Assembly: GCA_965644495.1 (NCBI GenBank)
Contig: CBFFSA010000006.1
Location: 310,001 to 374,000 of the forward strand
From: Perkinsela sp. CCAP 1560/9
Taxonomy: Eukaryota > Protista > Euglenozoa: Kinetoplastea
Reading direction: 5' to 3'
DNA: 64,000 nt
Of the stretch, positions 39,101 through 49,295 are shown piece after piece (the first letter of the stretch is position 1; each line of letters begins with the position of its first letter). A model generated the notes under the pieces. The model saw only the letters and a program-made list of their open reading frames with translations. It ran no database searches and was not told the DNA's origin. The translations under genes were made by a program, and so were the position numbers.

Positions 39101-42100
39101 AGTTGCGACATACCTACATGAACAAGAAGAGTGGGATCTTTGCCGCTGCTTGCTTCGAAATAAGATACCAGAGGTAGGTGACAAGCTTATTGATGAAACG
39201 TTACTTGCAGTTGAAAATAGAGCACTAGATATGCATGCTCGAACAAAAATAAATAACTATTGTATAGTTCGTGGCTATGAAGCTCCGGCATTTGACTATA
39301 AAGACGTTGGAAAGCGAGAGTCTCAGTTTTATTTCGCTAGTACTAATATTCCAGGATTTTCAGGTCTGCAGGCATTCGGTATTGGCTCTTCAAAGGATGA
39401 ATCTACGCGTCGCTGCGCTATGCATTGTTTAGAAGTCCTATCGAAATTAGATCCCAGTATTACTGGGCTTGATCTTTTGCGTACTGCAAATTGGGATTCG
39501 CGAAACAATGTGGATCGTAACGTGCAAGTTATGCAAGAGGAAGGCAGACACCGAGTTGTCGAACTCTACTGTCTATCTCGAGGACTCGAATTACCTTCTT
39601 TTGAAATCAGTGCGAGGAATGTAGCTACGGGGCGAATGTACTCAGTCTCTTCTACATTAGGGGAATTTACAGCACGAGCAGAAAACCCTATGCATCAACC
39701 AGCGCTGAACCAATGCTTAAGCATAATGATGAATAAGATGGTAAAGTATGATCCAGCATTTCGTGAATTGCAGACATTTCTTCGAAGCCATCCTTTTCTC
39801 GACACATACACTGTCTTGGACTTAAAGCTTTCCCAGGATCTGCTTCGTCGAATGAATGCGCTTTCTGAGGTTGTGTTTACTTCAGTTGAATTATCTAAAT
39901 CCGCAAATGACTCAAGGAAGTCCGACGCTAGTGGAACTGATTTTTCAAAGCACCGTGAAATATGGCATGTCGATGCTGAAACTCGCGCACGTCGAAATGA
40001 AAAATTGCTGAATGAGAAAAGAGAAAGAGAAAGCGATGAACAATATCAGGAACATTTTGGACGAAAGCGCTGTTCTCTTCCAATATTCAAATTTCGAGAT
40101 GAAATTATAAAACTTTTGTACGAGCAAGGGCACAATGTGGTTGTTTTATGTGGGACAACGGGATGCGGGAAAACCACGCAAGTCCCTCAATATATTTTAG
40201 ACTATCATATTGAGAAGGGTGAGGGAGCCTTCTGCACTATGCTTGTGACACAGCCAAGGCGCATCAGTGCTGTATCCATTCCAAAAAGGATAGCGAGCGA
40301 ACGAACAGAGATTTGTGGTGACAACATTGGTTTCATTGTTCGCCTGGATGCCCTACCTGGGAAGCATGTAACGTTTGTGACATCAGGTGTTCTTCTCAGA
40401 ATCTTGAAAGATAATCCTATGCTAGAGGGATTTTCACATGTCATTGTCGATGAAATACACGAGCGAGACATTAACTCCGACTTTCTTTTGATCCTCTTAC
40501 GTGATTTGCTAGGAAAAAGAACAGACCTTAAGGTAGTGTTGATGAGCGCGACGCTACAAGCCAAATTATTTTCCGATTATTTTGGGGGTGCACCCGTACT
40601 CGAGGCGGAGGGCGGGGTATTCCCTGTCGAAATGCATTATCTGGAGGATATTGCAAAGGTGGCAAAGCAGTACGGATTTTCCAGTCCATTTATTCAAGCC
40701 AACGATACCGGTGAAGATATTTTTACAGCGAATCTTGACTACAGTGTTATTGCTTTTGTTGTCTCTCACTTGATGGAAACAAAAAAAGATGAAATGCTTG
40801 GCTACTCTATTTTAATCTTCTTGCCTGGGTGGGAAGAAATTGTTCAGGCGAAAACTATTTTGTCTAGTGGCGCAGGAGGTGACCCTTCGCAGTTTACCTT
40901 CGTAACTCTGCATAGTGCTGTTTCAGCAGCCGATCAGGCACTATGTTTTCGGGCTGCCGATTCTACAAAGACAAAGATAATTCTCTCCACAAATATAGCA
41001 GAGAGTGGTGTCACGATTGACGATATCAAAGTGGTGATTGACGCTGGCCGCATGAAAGAGAAATCGTTCATACATACGGAAGGGCGCTCACAAATCGCCA
41101 AGGAGACTGGCGAAATGGGAGCCTACGCTCAGCTAGTAACTGTTCCTGCGAGCCGTGCGAACTGTGTTCAGCGTCGCGGTCGTGCTGGTCGTACAAGAGG
41201 TGGTATTTGCTACCGAATATACAGTAAAGCGCATTTCGAAGCACTTGACGATTTCCAAACTCCGGAATTGCTACGGCAGCCGCTTGATTCTCTGTGTCTT
41301 TCAATTCTACACTTAAAACTAGGAGATCCCAATACAGTTCTTAGCAAGGCGCTCGAATGCCCCACAATAGAGAGCGTTGATTTCGCCCTTCAGCGTCTGG
41401 AGCAGCTCGGCGCGATCAAGAAGAATATTGCAGAGGATACTGTTCTAACTCCCTTAGGAGAAGTAATGGCCGTACTTCCCGTATCACCGCATATGGCCAA
41501 AGCTCTAGTCTATGGAACGATGTTTCGTTGCTTGGATTCGATCTTAACAATCGCAGCTGCAAGCCAGCAAAACCTTTTTATGGGCAGTAAAGATAAACGA
41601 CAGGATGTCAAACGTTCCAAACTTCAATTTGAGCTCGGAACTCATAGCGACCATCTAACTGCGCTTAATGCCTTCAATGCGTGGGTTGCTAGGCGTAGGG
41701 CATCCGTTGAAAGCAACGACAAAAACAAACTTATTGCCCTCTCACAGTTTGAAGATAACCTTGAACTGAATTCTATCGCCTTGCTACAAGTTGCAAAATA
41801 CAAGAAACAGTTTGCAGAACTGATTTTTCGCGTTGTGCTACAGTGCGCACCTCCCGAAGAAGGATGCAGGCGCGGGGATTGTTTTGTGGAGGATACTACG
41901 TTGTCCGAACATGCCGGCAACATAAGCTTAGTCAAAGCTGTGTTAGGCACTGCGTTGTATCCCAATTTTGCTGTTCACAGAGAAAAACGTAAAACCTTTC
42001 GAGGCAAGCACGATAATATGATGGTACTTGCGAGCAATTCAGTTCTGTGTCAAGCTAAGGAATTCGGTTCTAGATCCCGTACCCCATATGTGATTTTTGA

Positions 42101-43394
42101 TGAGAAGCAAAGACTACAATATTCAGAAACTAAATCTCTCATTTCATTTAGAAATGCAACGGCCCTCAACATGCTTAGTGTGGTAATTCTCGGTGCGCCG
42201 GCTGAGGAATTAGAATACAGGGAAGATATTAAACTCGGCTTGTTAGGTGATTGGATGCCTTTTAGATGCGAGGAGAATAGCGACATGCTTGAGGTTATTA
42301 AACGGTTCAAGAAAGCTTTGGATACAGCAGTAAATCTTGGAATTCAGTTTCCTCGCAATACGCAATATCAAAAATTTATTAAGGAGTTTCGCCAATTGAT
42401 TATTGAAGCCATACAGGATGAGGTGGTAGTCAATTCCTTAATTTCTGACAATTGGGCAGAAAAAGGAAAAATTCTGTGCCCAACCGACCAAACGGATTTC
42501 GAAATTAGAGAAATCGCAGATTCGGAACTTGAAGAACCTCAAATACAAGAAAAAGATTCGCGAGCTCCGATTTTCCGAAATACGGTCTTGAAGTATGATG
42601 ATGGCTCAGTGCGCAGCATAGCAGAAACTACTTTTGAAGGGGAAAGCGTGAACGGTAGAGCACAGGCACCTCGAAATCCTTTTCATTCTCCATCCGAAGA
42701 AGAGACTTCTAAGAGCGATCTTGTCGAGTTGATTCTTCATTATTATCCCGAAGCTAAACAACCTGAAAAGATCATAACGTATAAAACGACGCAAAGCCAG
42801 GAATACGAGTGGAATGAGCGGCCATTGTACGAATCTACTGCCACTCTTAACGCAAAGATTGTTTTAACCAAAACAGGACATTTACGAGCGAATCGAAGTG
42901 CAGCAGAAAAAAGTGCAGCTTTCGCTGTGCTTCGCGCGGCTCGAAATGATAAAAAATATTACTTTGGTCACACAGAGATTCAAAGAGAAAAACGAGTCCG
43001 TCGACGCGCAAACATGCTGCCCGACCTTGAGGTTTGCAAATCGGCGAAAAGTGCATTAATGGAATTTATAACTCGAAACCCTCCTAAAGATATGGACCTT
43101 CGGTCTGCCTTGTTCTTTCAAACAAAACAGAAAGAAGATTTGAAGTTTGAATCATTTTGCTACCTGTTGGGTCACAAACACGTTTCCCAACGTTTAGATC
43201 AAAGAAGAAAAGCGGAAGCGGATGCAGCATTGATTGCCTACAATTCGCTAAAGGCAGATCCTCGTAAATATCTTGGCGAAGACTTCGCTGAGGAAACGGG
43301 CGATAACGTGAAGAGGTACGACCAAGATGGCTTTGAAATCCAAGAGGAATATGCTAGCCATGGAGCGGAAAATTCACCTAATGAATGGTGCTAA
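36138..43394 (+). CDS. REH2: Kinetoplastid RNA-editing helicase 2 (DExH/RHA type with multiple dsRBD-like repeats)
   Basis: GTTGCGKTTQ, DEIH, SAT, STNIAESGVTI, QRRGRAGR. Repeated N-terminal 'A.MH....LD.LGIP.F' units as in KREH2. Confidence 0.85.
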   Translation: MPNLNRAVLYIRRLSKGKIANRCDWFRWDQIYGHSCLPACGAVSRHADMHLRPHGTTQNLVLRCCSSAAVDETDADNLEAIGEPDENLLEAALPVMSTEEWDLTNISPIHSLDFLALGRLQNFIKRHPRAVSGSERDDMKTTSLEKLCVVSGKFDDDTELFKLSSKRLDNAGILCRACVTFPLPKEISDDTLQGIGYALHAREAIHVASMHAERQLDALGIPVCGLRRTQIKYAEAKRASGLAAPFPNDPIKSLKDTTLPSPLRLIREHRLHEIQKLYIPVRYNSFYGNPHALVSPVNVDEFSVDRITAYCAHHRPQVKLSELCIKEVINSVEAKATRDKGFLGTAEKGDSTESVTAWIHITIRLPVPEKYGTRDVKGFAPHKKTALILACMHGELLLDTLGIPIFSNTEQQEKHAKVCEMYGRGAPRPGDEPAASSTIGPPALRTLFPGESIPVGDPKCVDSHLSKYRVSHITFLPEIQDVSSIDSSAMKKIQDYFITHGKVDMEQFYIEKIDGTDCNGVFKAVLALPIADNRHELAVGIANTAARAREVCAMHALTIIDHITKESHINVEDDARSQGLIRPPLRFSNGMDRIPSLLNFMRKELESTPVSSRTAVGSRKQRSRKLSSELQADSEEYILVPPEETIGREASEIVALTSPRKFDAFSVERINDYLRRHGTSPEFATNVENIGDLSSSQFYRVKIFLPTPPGYGPRVGIGEAPKKQEANILAHMHCELILDHLGIPLFDHEVLQKKHAMAARKHKRFAPTPADVGSSFSTPSPPPLRKERNDSMKWLRFLREKFESHSIDISASHVQTAQTSTWDYVGPKELDYDAKLKLYHHIVTHPKNRNVTTLDNRFEVSRNGESGASYYYCKMKIDVPEHRGKIAEARGSAVTQRDAEMLCCMHALRILDAYGMRVFFIKGMQDRHAKQVRKAGRWARFSTEPPPPASDNISFPKALRIDAAGPKPKPPPTPSICDDGVWNAFVDEVATYLHEQEEWDLCRCLLRNKIPEVGDKLIDETLLAVENRALDMHARTKINNYCIVRGYEAPAFDYKDVGKRESQFYFASTNIPGFSGLQAFGIGSSKDESTRRCAMHCLEVLSKLDPSITGLDLLRTANWDSRNNVDRNVQVMQEEGRHRVVELYCLSRGLELPSFEISARNVATGRMYSVSSTLGEFTARAENPMHQPALNQCLSIMMNKMVKYDPAFRELQTFLRSHPFLDTYTVLDLKLSQDLLRRMNALSEVVFTSVELSKSANDSRKSDASGTDFSKHREIWHVDAETRARRNEKLLNEKRERESDEQYQEHFGRKRCSLPIFKFRDEIIKLLYEQGHNVVVLCGTTGCGKTTQVPQYILDYHIEKGEGAFCTMLVTQPRRISAVSIPKRIASERTEICGDNIGFIVRLDALPGKHVTFVTSGVLLRILKDNPMLEGFSHVIVDEIHERDINSDFLLILLRDLLGKRTDLKVVLMSATLQAKLFSDYFGGAPVLEAEGGVFPVEMHYLEDIAKVAKQYGFSSPFIQANDTGEDIFTANLDYSVIAFVVSHLMETKKDEMLGYSILIFLPGWEEIVQAKTILSSGAGGDPSQFTFVTLHSAVSAADQALCFRAADSTKTKIILSTNIAESGVTIDDIKVVIDAGRMKEKSFIHTEGRSQIAKETGEMGAYAQLVTVPASRANCVQRRGRAGRTRGGICYRIYSKAHFEALDDFQTPELLRQPLDSLCLSILHLKLGDPNTVLSKALECPTIESVDFALQRLEQLGAIKKNIAEDTVLTPLGEVMAVLPVSPHMAKALVYGTMFRCLDSILTIAAASQQNLFMGSKDKRQDVKRSKLQFELGTHSDHLTALNAFNAWVARRRASVESNDKNKLIALSQFEDNLELNSIALLQVAKYKKQFAELIFRVVLQCAPPEEGCRRGDCFVEDTTLSEHAGNISLVKAVLGTALYPNFAVHREKRKTFRGKHDNMMVLASNSVLCQAKEFGSRSRTPYVIFDEKQRLQYSETKSLISFRNATALNMLSVVILGAPAEELEYREDIKLGLLGDWMPFRCEENSDMLEVIKRFKKALDTAVNLGIQFPRNTQYQKFIKEFRQLIIEAIQDEVVVNSLISDNWAEKGKILCPTDQTDFEIREIADSELEEPQIQEKDSRAPIFRNTVLKYDDGSVRSIAETTFEGESVNGRAQAPRNPFHSPSEEETSKSDLVELILHYYPEAKQPEKIITYKTTQSQEYEWNERPLYESTATLNAKIVLTKTGHLRANRSAAEKSAAFAVLRAARNDKKYYFGHTEIQREKRVRRRANMLPDLEVCKSAKSALMEFITRNPPKDMDLRSALFFQTKQKEDLKFESFCYLLGHKHVSQRLDQRRKAEADAALIAYNSLKADPRKYLGEDFAEETGDNVKRYDQDGFEIQEEYASHGAENSPNEWC

Positions 43395-43722
43395 AGAGGA
43401 ATCAGGCAGTTTTTCGTATTTTCATGAGACATACAACCTCATGAAGCATATTTCATCTATGTCTTGTGAACTACGTCTTGCTTTAAAACATTTGATGTCC
43501 TTGGAAAATAACCCTATTCACTGACTAATGTTTCTGACCATTAGCTCTCTTTGAGCTTTAATATTGTGCATGATTTTGCGTTTGCGAAATTTATCTTCGA
43601 TCGCTTTTTTGTAATGGATTTTGTCGTGAAAACATGAATCATGTTCTCTACTAATTGGTTCCATTCGTTTCATTTATACCAGAGTACAGGAGCATACACA
43701 TTGATTTTCCTTTCATATTTTC

Positions 43723-44325
43723 ATGAATTTCGCTTCCTTCCGACTAGAAAAATTAAGGTGTAGCGTATCGACTGGGTTTCACGTCCACTTTTCTGCACGA
43801 TATTCCCGTTCTATTACATTTTCCAACTTGCATCTAGTATTTAAGGGTGACCAAAAAAATATTCTACGAGGACTGTATCGTGCCTTGCTCCGATACGGAG
43901 AAGACAGGCTAATGCTGCGACGCATCTTGCTGTTAGAGAATCCAAAGTACCTCAAGTACGGATTAGAAGCCCTTCAGTATCACAGAAACGTAAGTGAGAG
44001 TCAAAAGTCGTACGGTAAAATACGTGGCATAAGGTTATGGAAAAATATGCCGTTTCTCGCAATGCTTAAATTGCGCATTCTAAGCTTTCAGATAGGTTTA
44101 TTTTACATCAGATTGCGTTGCCAGAGTACAATAGCCATAATAAATGTTTTTTTGATCTCGGCCTTTATTTGCCTACTTGTGGCATTGTTTCAGTTATACA
44201 GAGCTCTCGGGACTCTTCTGCAGGATAACCGGTACAGACACCGAACTGACGTGCAAAGGTTATTCACAACAGTGGAGACTATGGCAAAAGCCAAGAATGC
44301 GGCGTTGTTAAATACTACCGAATGA
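43723..44325 (+). CDS. Hypothetical membrane protein (basic, one TM; possibly mitochondrial)
   Basis: 200-aa ORF with hydrophobic segment IAIINVFLISAFICLLVALF. Confidence 0.6.
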   Translation: MNFASFRLEKLRCSVSTGFHVHFSARYSRSITFSNLHLVFKGDQKNILRGLYRALLRYGEDRLMLRRILLLENPKYLKYGLEALQYHRNVSESQKSYGKIRGIRLWKNMPFLAMLKLRILSFQIGLFYIRLRCQSTIAIINVFLISAFICLLVALFQLYRALGTLLQDNRYRHRTDVQRLFTTVETMAKAKNAALLNTTE

Positions 44326-44571
44326 CTGACTGCACACGTATTAGGTGGCCGAACACTATTGCATCGCCTTTCAAAGATTCGGTTAAATAGGCTCTATCCC
44401 ACATGAACACTAGCTCAGGCACGGAAGCTGTACGAATTTTGGTAATTGTATGAACATTAATAGAAATCGTAAATTGACTATATGATATACACGTTTCGAA
44501 CAAAGTTCGGCATAATTTCTCAATTATTTTACAAATATTAACTGGACTTGCAAGGTTTGTATGCTTAGAAA

Positions 44572-45669
44572 ATGTCAGAAATTGAAACTGGGGATAAACG
44601 CGGCAACAAAAAGCGTGCGAAAGCAGTTGAACGGGGTAGTGATGAAACATCTGTGAATACTTCTCGTTCAATTGCTGACGACAGAAAAGAAAGTCCCACA
44701 GGGAGTTTTGAACCTTGTGAAGTTCAGGTGTCTTTTGATATCCGTGGCTTCACGGAGGACTCCGCTATCGAAGACGTGTCGTTCTATCTTCGAGGAATTC
44801 TTCCTGATCGAAAAAACGTTATATCTTGGGATGTACTTGTGAAAAGTCTTCGAAATGAAGAGCTCACCTCGTTGATTTATCTTTCCGAAACCGTTGACGA
44901 TGCGTCATCTTGTTCAGAAGTATCGCCACAGTGTTCTGCTTCAACAGTCTCAGTGGATTCCTCATCTGAAGCCAGTGGGTTGGTGGCTCTGCTACCAGTG
45001 TGCTTTACGCATAGGAATAAAGAGTGTATATCTACAACTTCATGCTTCGAGGAGCGTGAAATCTCTCGGTATCTTGCAGCATATGGCTGTAACAAAGTGT
45101 GCGAGAAATTGAAAGCGATTTCCACTCAGAGTTCTGAAAACACTTGCTTATATTTCATGTTAAACCATCGAGCGGCTTTCATGCCCAATCAAGTTGCATA
45201 CCAAACTCTTCTTCAACTTTTTGGCACGATAATTAAGAAGTCGTGGATAAAGTATAAAGATATTTATATTTTTACTTTAGTAAAGGCACGTCGTCTTTCT
45301 CAGGGGGGAAAAGATATTATGGCTTCGAAACGCAGAAGGAAGAGTACATCTTGGTCAACGGGCGAGCAGAACTCTCAGGCAACAACTAGCTTGGATTTCG
45401 AGTTCGTGCGACCTGAAGATGAAATCTTTTACAAATATGGTAATTCGCTCACTGAGGTTCGGCCTAATGATAGTTCGGTTGAATTCGCGGAAGAATACCC
45501 TGGACAGCCGACTATTGAAGTTCCTTTTGCAATTCCAGTTTTAATCCCTCTGGTTAGAATTAAAACAAATGGGGCTCGCAAAAGTAAAGATTCCAAATCT
45601 GGGTGTTCCAACCCGCTTTTAAGCCTAATGGGGGAAATACAGAAATTAGTAGATCAAGAGTCCTGTTGA
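44572..45669 (+). CDS. BCP1: BCP1/BCCIP family protein
   Basis: VQVSFDI, YFMLNHRAAFMPNQVAYQTLLQL and FEFVRPEDEIFYK parallel the BCCIP motifs (V..eF, LL.ERfiN.P.q.a....qL, F...EeE.F). Confidence 0.65.
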   Translation: MSEIETGDKRGNKKRAKAVERGSDETSVNTSRSIADDRKESPTGSFEPCEVQVSFDIRGFTEDSAIEDVSFYLRGILPDRKNVISWDVLVKSLRNEELTSLIYLSETVDDASSCSEVSPQCSASTVSVDSSSEASGLVALLPVCFTHRNKECISTTSCFEEREISRYLAAYGCNKVCEKLKAISTQSSENTCLYFMLNHRAAFMPNQVAYQTLLQLFGTIIKKSWIKYKDIYIFTLVKARRLSQGGKDIMASKRRRKSTSWSTGEQNSQATTSLDFEFVRPEDEIFYKYGNSLTEVRPNDSSVEFAEEYPGQPTIEVPFAIPVLIPLVRIKTNGARKSKDSKSGCSNPLLSLMGEIQKLVDQESC

Positions 45670-46249
45670 TACCTATACAATGTGTATCGAGATTCGTCGT
45701 GATGTATTGAATGGATTGCGTACGACACCTGCCGATGATTTTTATACCACAAATCTAGTACGAGTATTTCTAGATAAGGAATTCTAGATAAATGCCCAGA
45801 AAGAGTACAAAACATAAGGAATAGATACATTTCCATTGGAGAATGTCTATTTTATGTTTTTTATTCTAATAGATAATTTATCTGCGTTTTCTATGTACGG
45901 TATTGATGGTTATTAAGTAAAGTACACTCGAAGGACCGTAATAGGAATCTGAAACTGAAATCTTACGTGTAGGTTTTTGAAAGTCTTCACACGCAGCCCC
46001 TCATCATGCAACTTACTTATTTTACCCATTTAAATCCAATAATATGTGTTATGCATGGAAGAATGTTAAACCTGATGAACAGTCTCATGTATGATAAATG
46101 GAACTATTATACACTGTATGCAGCTTATAGTGTTTTGATAATGCCCTCTTTCGCAGCCACTTTTCGCTTCGTGTATTATATACCATATCATATGACAAAT
46201 TGCGTTTCATTATGATGCATCATTTCGTTTAAAGAAGCCCTTATAAACG

Positions 46250-48982
46250 ATGAGCTCAGATAATATTTCATCTAAACTCCGCGTAATAGAAAGGGTAGTA
46301 GGACGTATCGACAAGTGCATCGCTCGTGAGCTTAAGACGTTGGCCTGTAATTTTCAGGCTGAATCGAGTGCACTGATGCGCGCAATGCATCTTTTGCGAA
46401 TAGCTTTAAAACTTTCTGATCAGATAGCTATACTCTGCATTGAAACTTTCAAAGACATTGTTGCCACGAACATTTTAGAGGGTGATTCGATACTTGTTGA
46501 ACAGGTTCCACTAACGTCTCCTATTTTTGGCTCTACCGTAAGTTCAATGATTGTTTCCTTGTGTGCGGAACTGGTAGAAGGACGCAATCCACTTGCTGTT
46601 CAATGTAAGTCATTGGACCTTCTTGCCTGCGTTGTACAAAATTCTAAACTGAATGTTACGGGTTCATTGCTCATATGTTCGATTCAGGTCGCTTTCAATA
46701 CGCAGCATCGAACTGCGAACGATGACTTTCGACTGTATGCAATGGATGTGCTGAGTGCCCTTTTGATTCATGTGCCGAATATGTTAGAAGTACAGGTAGG
46801 GCAAGAATGCATAGAAAAATCTGCAATCTGGACTGAGCTTCTCGAAAAACGTGACCCAATCTGCCGACTTGGAGGAAACGTTCTTTTTCTACAATCATAT
46901 CATGCACCGTGCGAAACTGATTTTGAAGGGGCTTTGAGTGTTCTTTCACGGAAAGAACGAGATGCTTTTGCTGTTATAGCTGGACTATGTTCCATTGTGA
47001 AAGGCTCTTCATGTTGTGAGCTTTTAAGAACTGCTGCAGGCCGGAATGATCAGGAAAAAGCTAAGGCAGTAGCCTTATACGGGCTCCGCGTCGTATTGCA
47101 TCATGGTCGTTATAGCATACCGAAGCTGAGCACTCTTCTTGTTCGTTGTCTGCCATTCATTTTTGACGTTGTTTATAAGTCCTTTGCCGCGTCACGTCGA
47201 ACTAAACTATTCGACGATGCCGTTAGTATCGTAGAAATCCTAGTAACAAATTACATGTGCCACGCCAGAAGAGAGATTAGCGAACTTCTTCTGCTATTGC
47301 GCCTGATTCTCCTTTCTCCTCTTACGTTATATCATCAAAGAACAAGAATCCTACAGAGCCTTGCACGTATTATGAGTGACTCAAACCTCTGGCTAACTAT
47401 GTATATGAGCTATGACTGCCAATTGAATCATGATGACATTTGCATCTTACTACTTGATAGTATCGCTCAAGTAGCTCAACATCGTTGGACAACGATAATT
47501 GGGATATCAAATGCACAACAGCACATACAGGTTGAGCTTGCATTGAAGTGCTATGAAAATGGGTTTGCCGGGCTGAAAAGCTACTTAATGAACAAAGATG
47601 AGGCCATCAAGCAGAGTTTTATAAAAGGGCCAAGTTGGCTTGCTCTTGGGGAGAAACGATTTAGACATGAACGAAGTAGAAGCGAGCATAATTGCAGCTC
47701 GAATAGCTGGAATGTACATTCGGAGTTTCACTTTGTTGAAGAGAATCTAGTCACATTACCTGCAACTAGCGCGGCTGGTAATAGTAATTTATGCCCTGTT
47801 ATGGAGGAAGGAATGGACCAGCTTTTAATATCAACCGAAGACACTCTTGGAAAATGGATTCAGCATAAGTTACTCCTGTCACGTGCGGTGCGTCTTTTGA
47901 ATACGGAGCTCACACGTGGATTACGAGCGCTTCGAAAATGTGGAATTATACAATCTGAATCTGATAGTAGCGGTTTTTGCCTCGCTTTGCGTCATCTACG
48001 TAATGTGAGCCCTTCCGTACTTCGTACAGTACTCTCCAAAGTAAAAAAGTCTTCACTTTACGCGAATGTCGCACGTCTATATATGCACTCACTTCGATTA
48101 AAAGACGTTGCTCCGGATGAGGCAGTTCGACAGTTTACGGAACTGTTTCCTATGACCGCCCATACAACACAATTTGAAGGGCCTGTTTGGTTTGAATTGA
48201 TGGGCTTCCTGGCCGAGGCCTATACTACACAAAATCCAGGACTACAATTAGATCGCGAGAGTGGGCAAATATTGTGTTCTACGCTTCTCACTCTGCATAC
48301 GACTCACCACAACCCCAATATTCATGAAAGCGAGAGGTTTACCGCAGAGAGGTTTTCCAGTGCTACATTAGAATGTTTGGGCGCTAACACTCGAATAGGG
48401 AAGGAACAACTCATGGAGTCGTTTCGCCGCGTGACGAGATCAAAATGGAAGCCCAAAACTATGCCTGCCAACATGACGGATTATGAGTGGGAGTGCTTTG
48501 GATACATGGATAGGGAGGCGCAATTTCGAAATTCCCTGCATCGACGGCACGGTGATCCGTACACCACTTCGGTAGAAATTGCTGAAAAGAGGTACACTTC
48601 TATGATAGAGAAATCTTGGCATCATGCAAGTGAAAGATTGCAGCGGGATAAGGAGTTCATTCTTTGTCCATTTTTGCGTCCAACCAAGCCTGGAGAAGCA
48701 ATACATTTATTCAGCGAAATGTTGAATCGGTATTGGTTTACGCTCTCCCAACTTCGTGACTCAGAGTTCCTCTTCAAGTATCCCAGAGTTGTCCAACGTG
48801 CGTCACATTTATTAGGAACTTGTACGGATATCGTTGCGATACTAGGACTTGATCTTGAGGATTTATTACAAGGGTCATCTGTTGCGCCCGTGGAATCTTT
48901 TCATGATGATCCTATACGATACACATCAGCATTAGGAGTTCTTCCTTGGAGCGGAGTTCACTTTCAATGCCCTCTCATTTAA
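46250..48982 (+). CDS. Divergent, C-terminally shortened BIG/GBF-like ARF-GEF (DCB-HUS-Sec7)
   Basis: HUS-box-like MYMSYDCQL. Sec7-like elements DEAVRQF..LF....E, LLTLHTTHHNPNI and FTAERF. Confidence 0.6.
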   Translation: MSSDNISSKLRVIERVVGRIDKCIARELKTLACNFQAESSALMRAMHLLRIALKLSDQIAILCIETFKDIVATNILEGDSILVEQVPLTSPIFGSTVSSMIVSLCAELVEGRNPLAVQCKSLDLLACVVQNSKLNVTGSLLICSIQVAFNTQHRTANDDFRLYAMDVLSALLIHVPNMLEVQVGQECIEKSAIWTELLEKRDPICRLGGNVLFLQSYHAPCETDFEGALSVLSRKERDAFAVIAGLCSIVKGSSCCELLRTAAGRNDQEKAKAVALYGLRVVLHHGRYSIPKLSTLLVRCLPFIFDVVYKSFAASRRTKLFDDAVSIVEILVTNYMCHARREISELLLLLRLILLSPLTLYHQRTRILQSLARIMSDSNLWLTMYMSYDCQLNHDDICILLLDSIAQVAQHRWTTIIGISNAQQHIQVELALKCYENGFAGLKSYLMNKDEAIKQSFIKGPSWLALGEKRFRHERSRSEHNCSSNSWNVHSEFHFVEENLVTLPATSAAGNSNLCPVMEEGMDQLLISTEDTLGKWIQHKLLLSRAVRLLNTELTRGLRALRKCGIIQSESDSSGFCLALRHLRNVSPSVLRTVLSKVKKSSLYANVARLYMHSLRLKDVAPDEAVRQFTELFPMTAHTTQFEGPVWFELMGFLAEAYTTQNPGLQLDRESGQILCSTLLTLHTTHHNPNIHESERFTAERFSSATLECLGANTRIGKEQLMESFRRVTRSKWKPKTMPANMTDYEWECFGYMDREAQFRNSLHRRHGDPYTTSVEIAEKRYTSMIEKSWHHASERLQRDKEFILCPFLRPTKPGEAIHLFSEMLNRYWFTLSQLRDSEFLFKYPRVVQRASHLLGTCTDIVAILGLDLEDLLQGSSVAPVESFHDDPIRYTSALGVLPWSGVHFQCPLI

Positions 48983-49295
48983 TAAATATCCATCCAGATT
49001 GTTTTTCGTGTTACTGTGTATACTGTATCCGCCTAACTATTTCTTTTTCTCTCTTGAAGATTATTCTTTTTGGACCTCAGAATATGTTTTTTCGTAAACT
49101 GGCCCCTTTATTCGAAGGGTCCCAAATGGGTGGACTCTTGAGTAGGGATGACAATAAGAATTTAGTATGATATTTACTACGATGAAATAGTTTGTTGAAC
49201 TTATTTCACCTCTAATTGCACTTCTTCATCTACTTTGCTGCTAGTTTTACCTTACCCGTTGATGTTTCAATGGAGTTCTAACCCCGTATTATACA

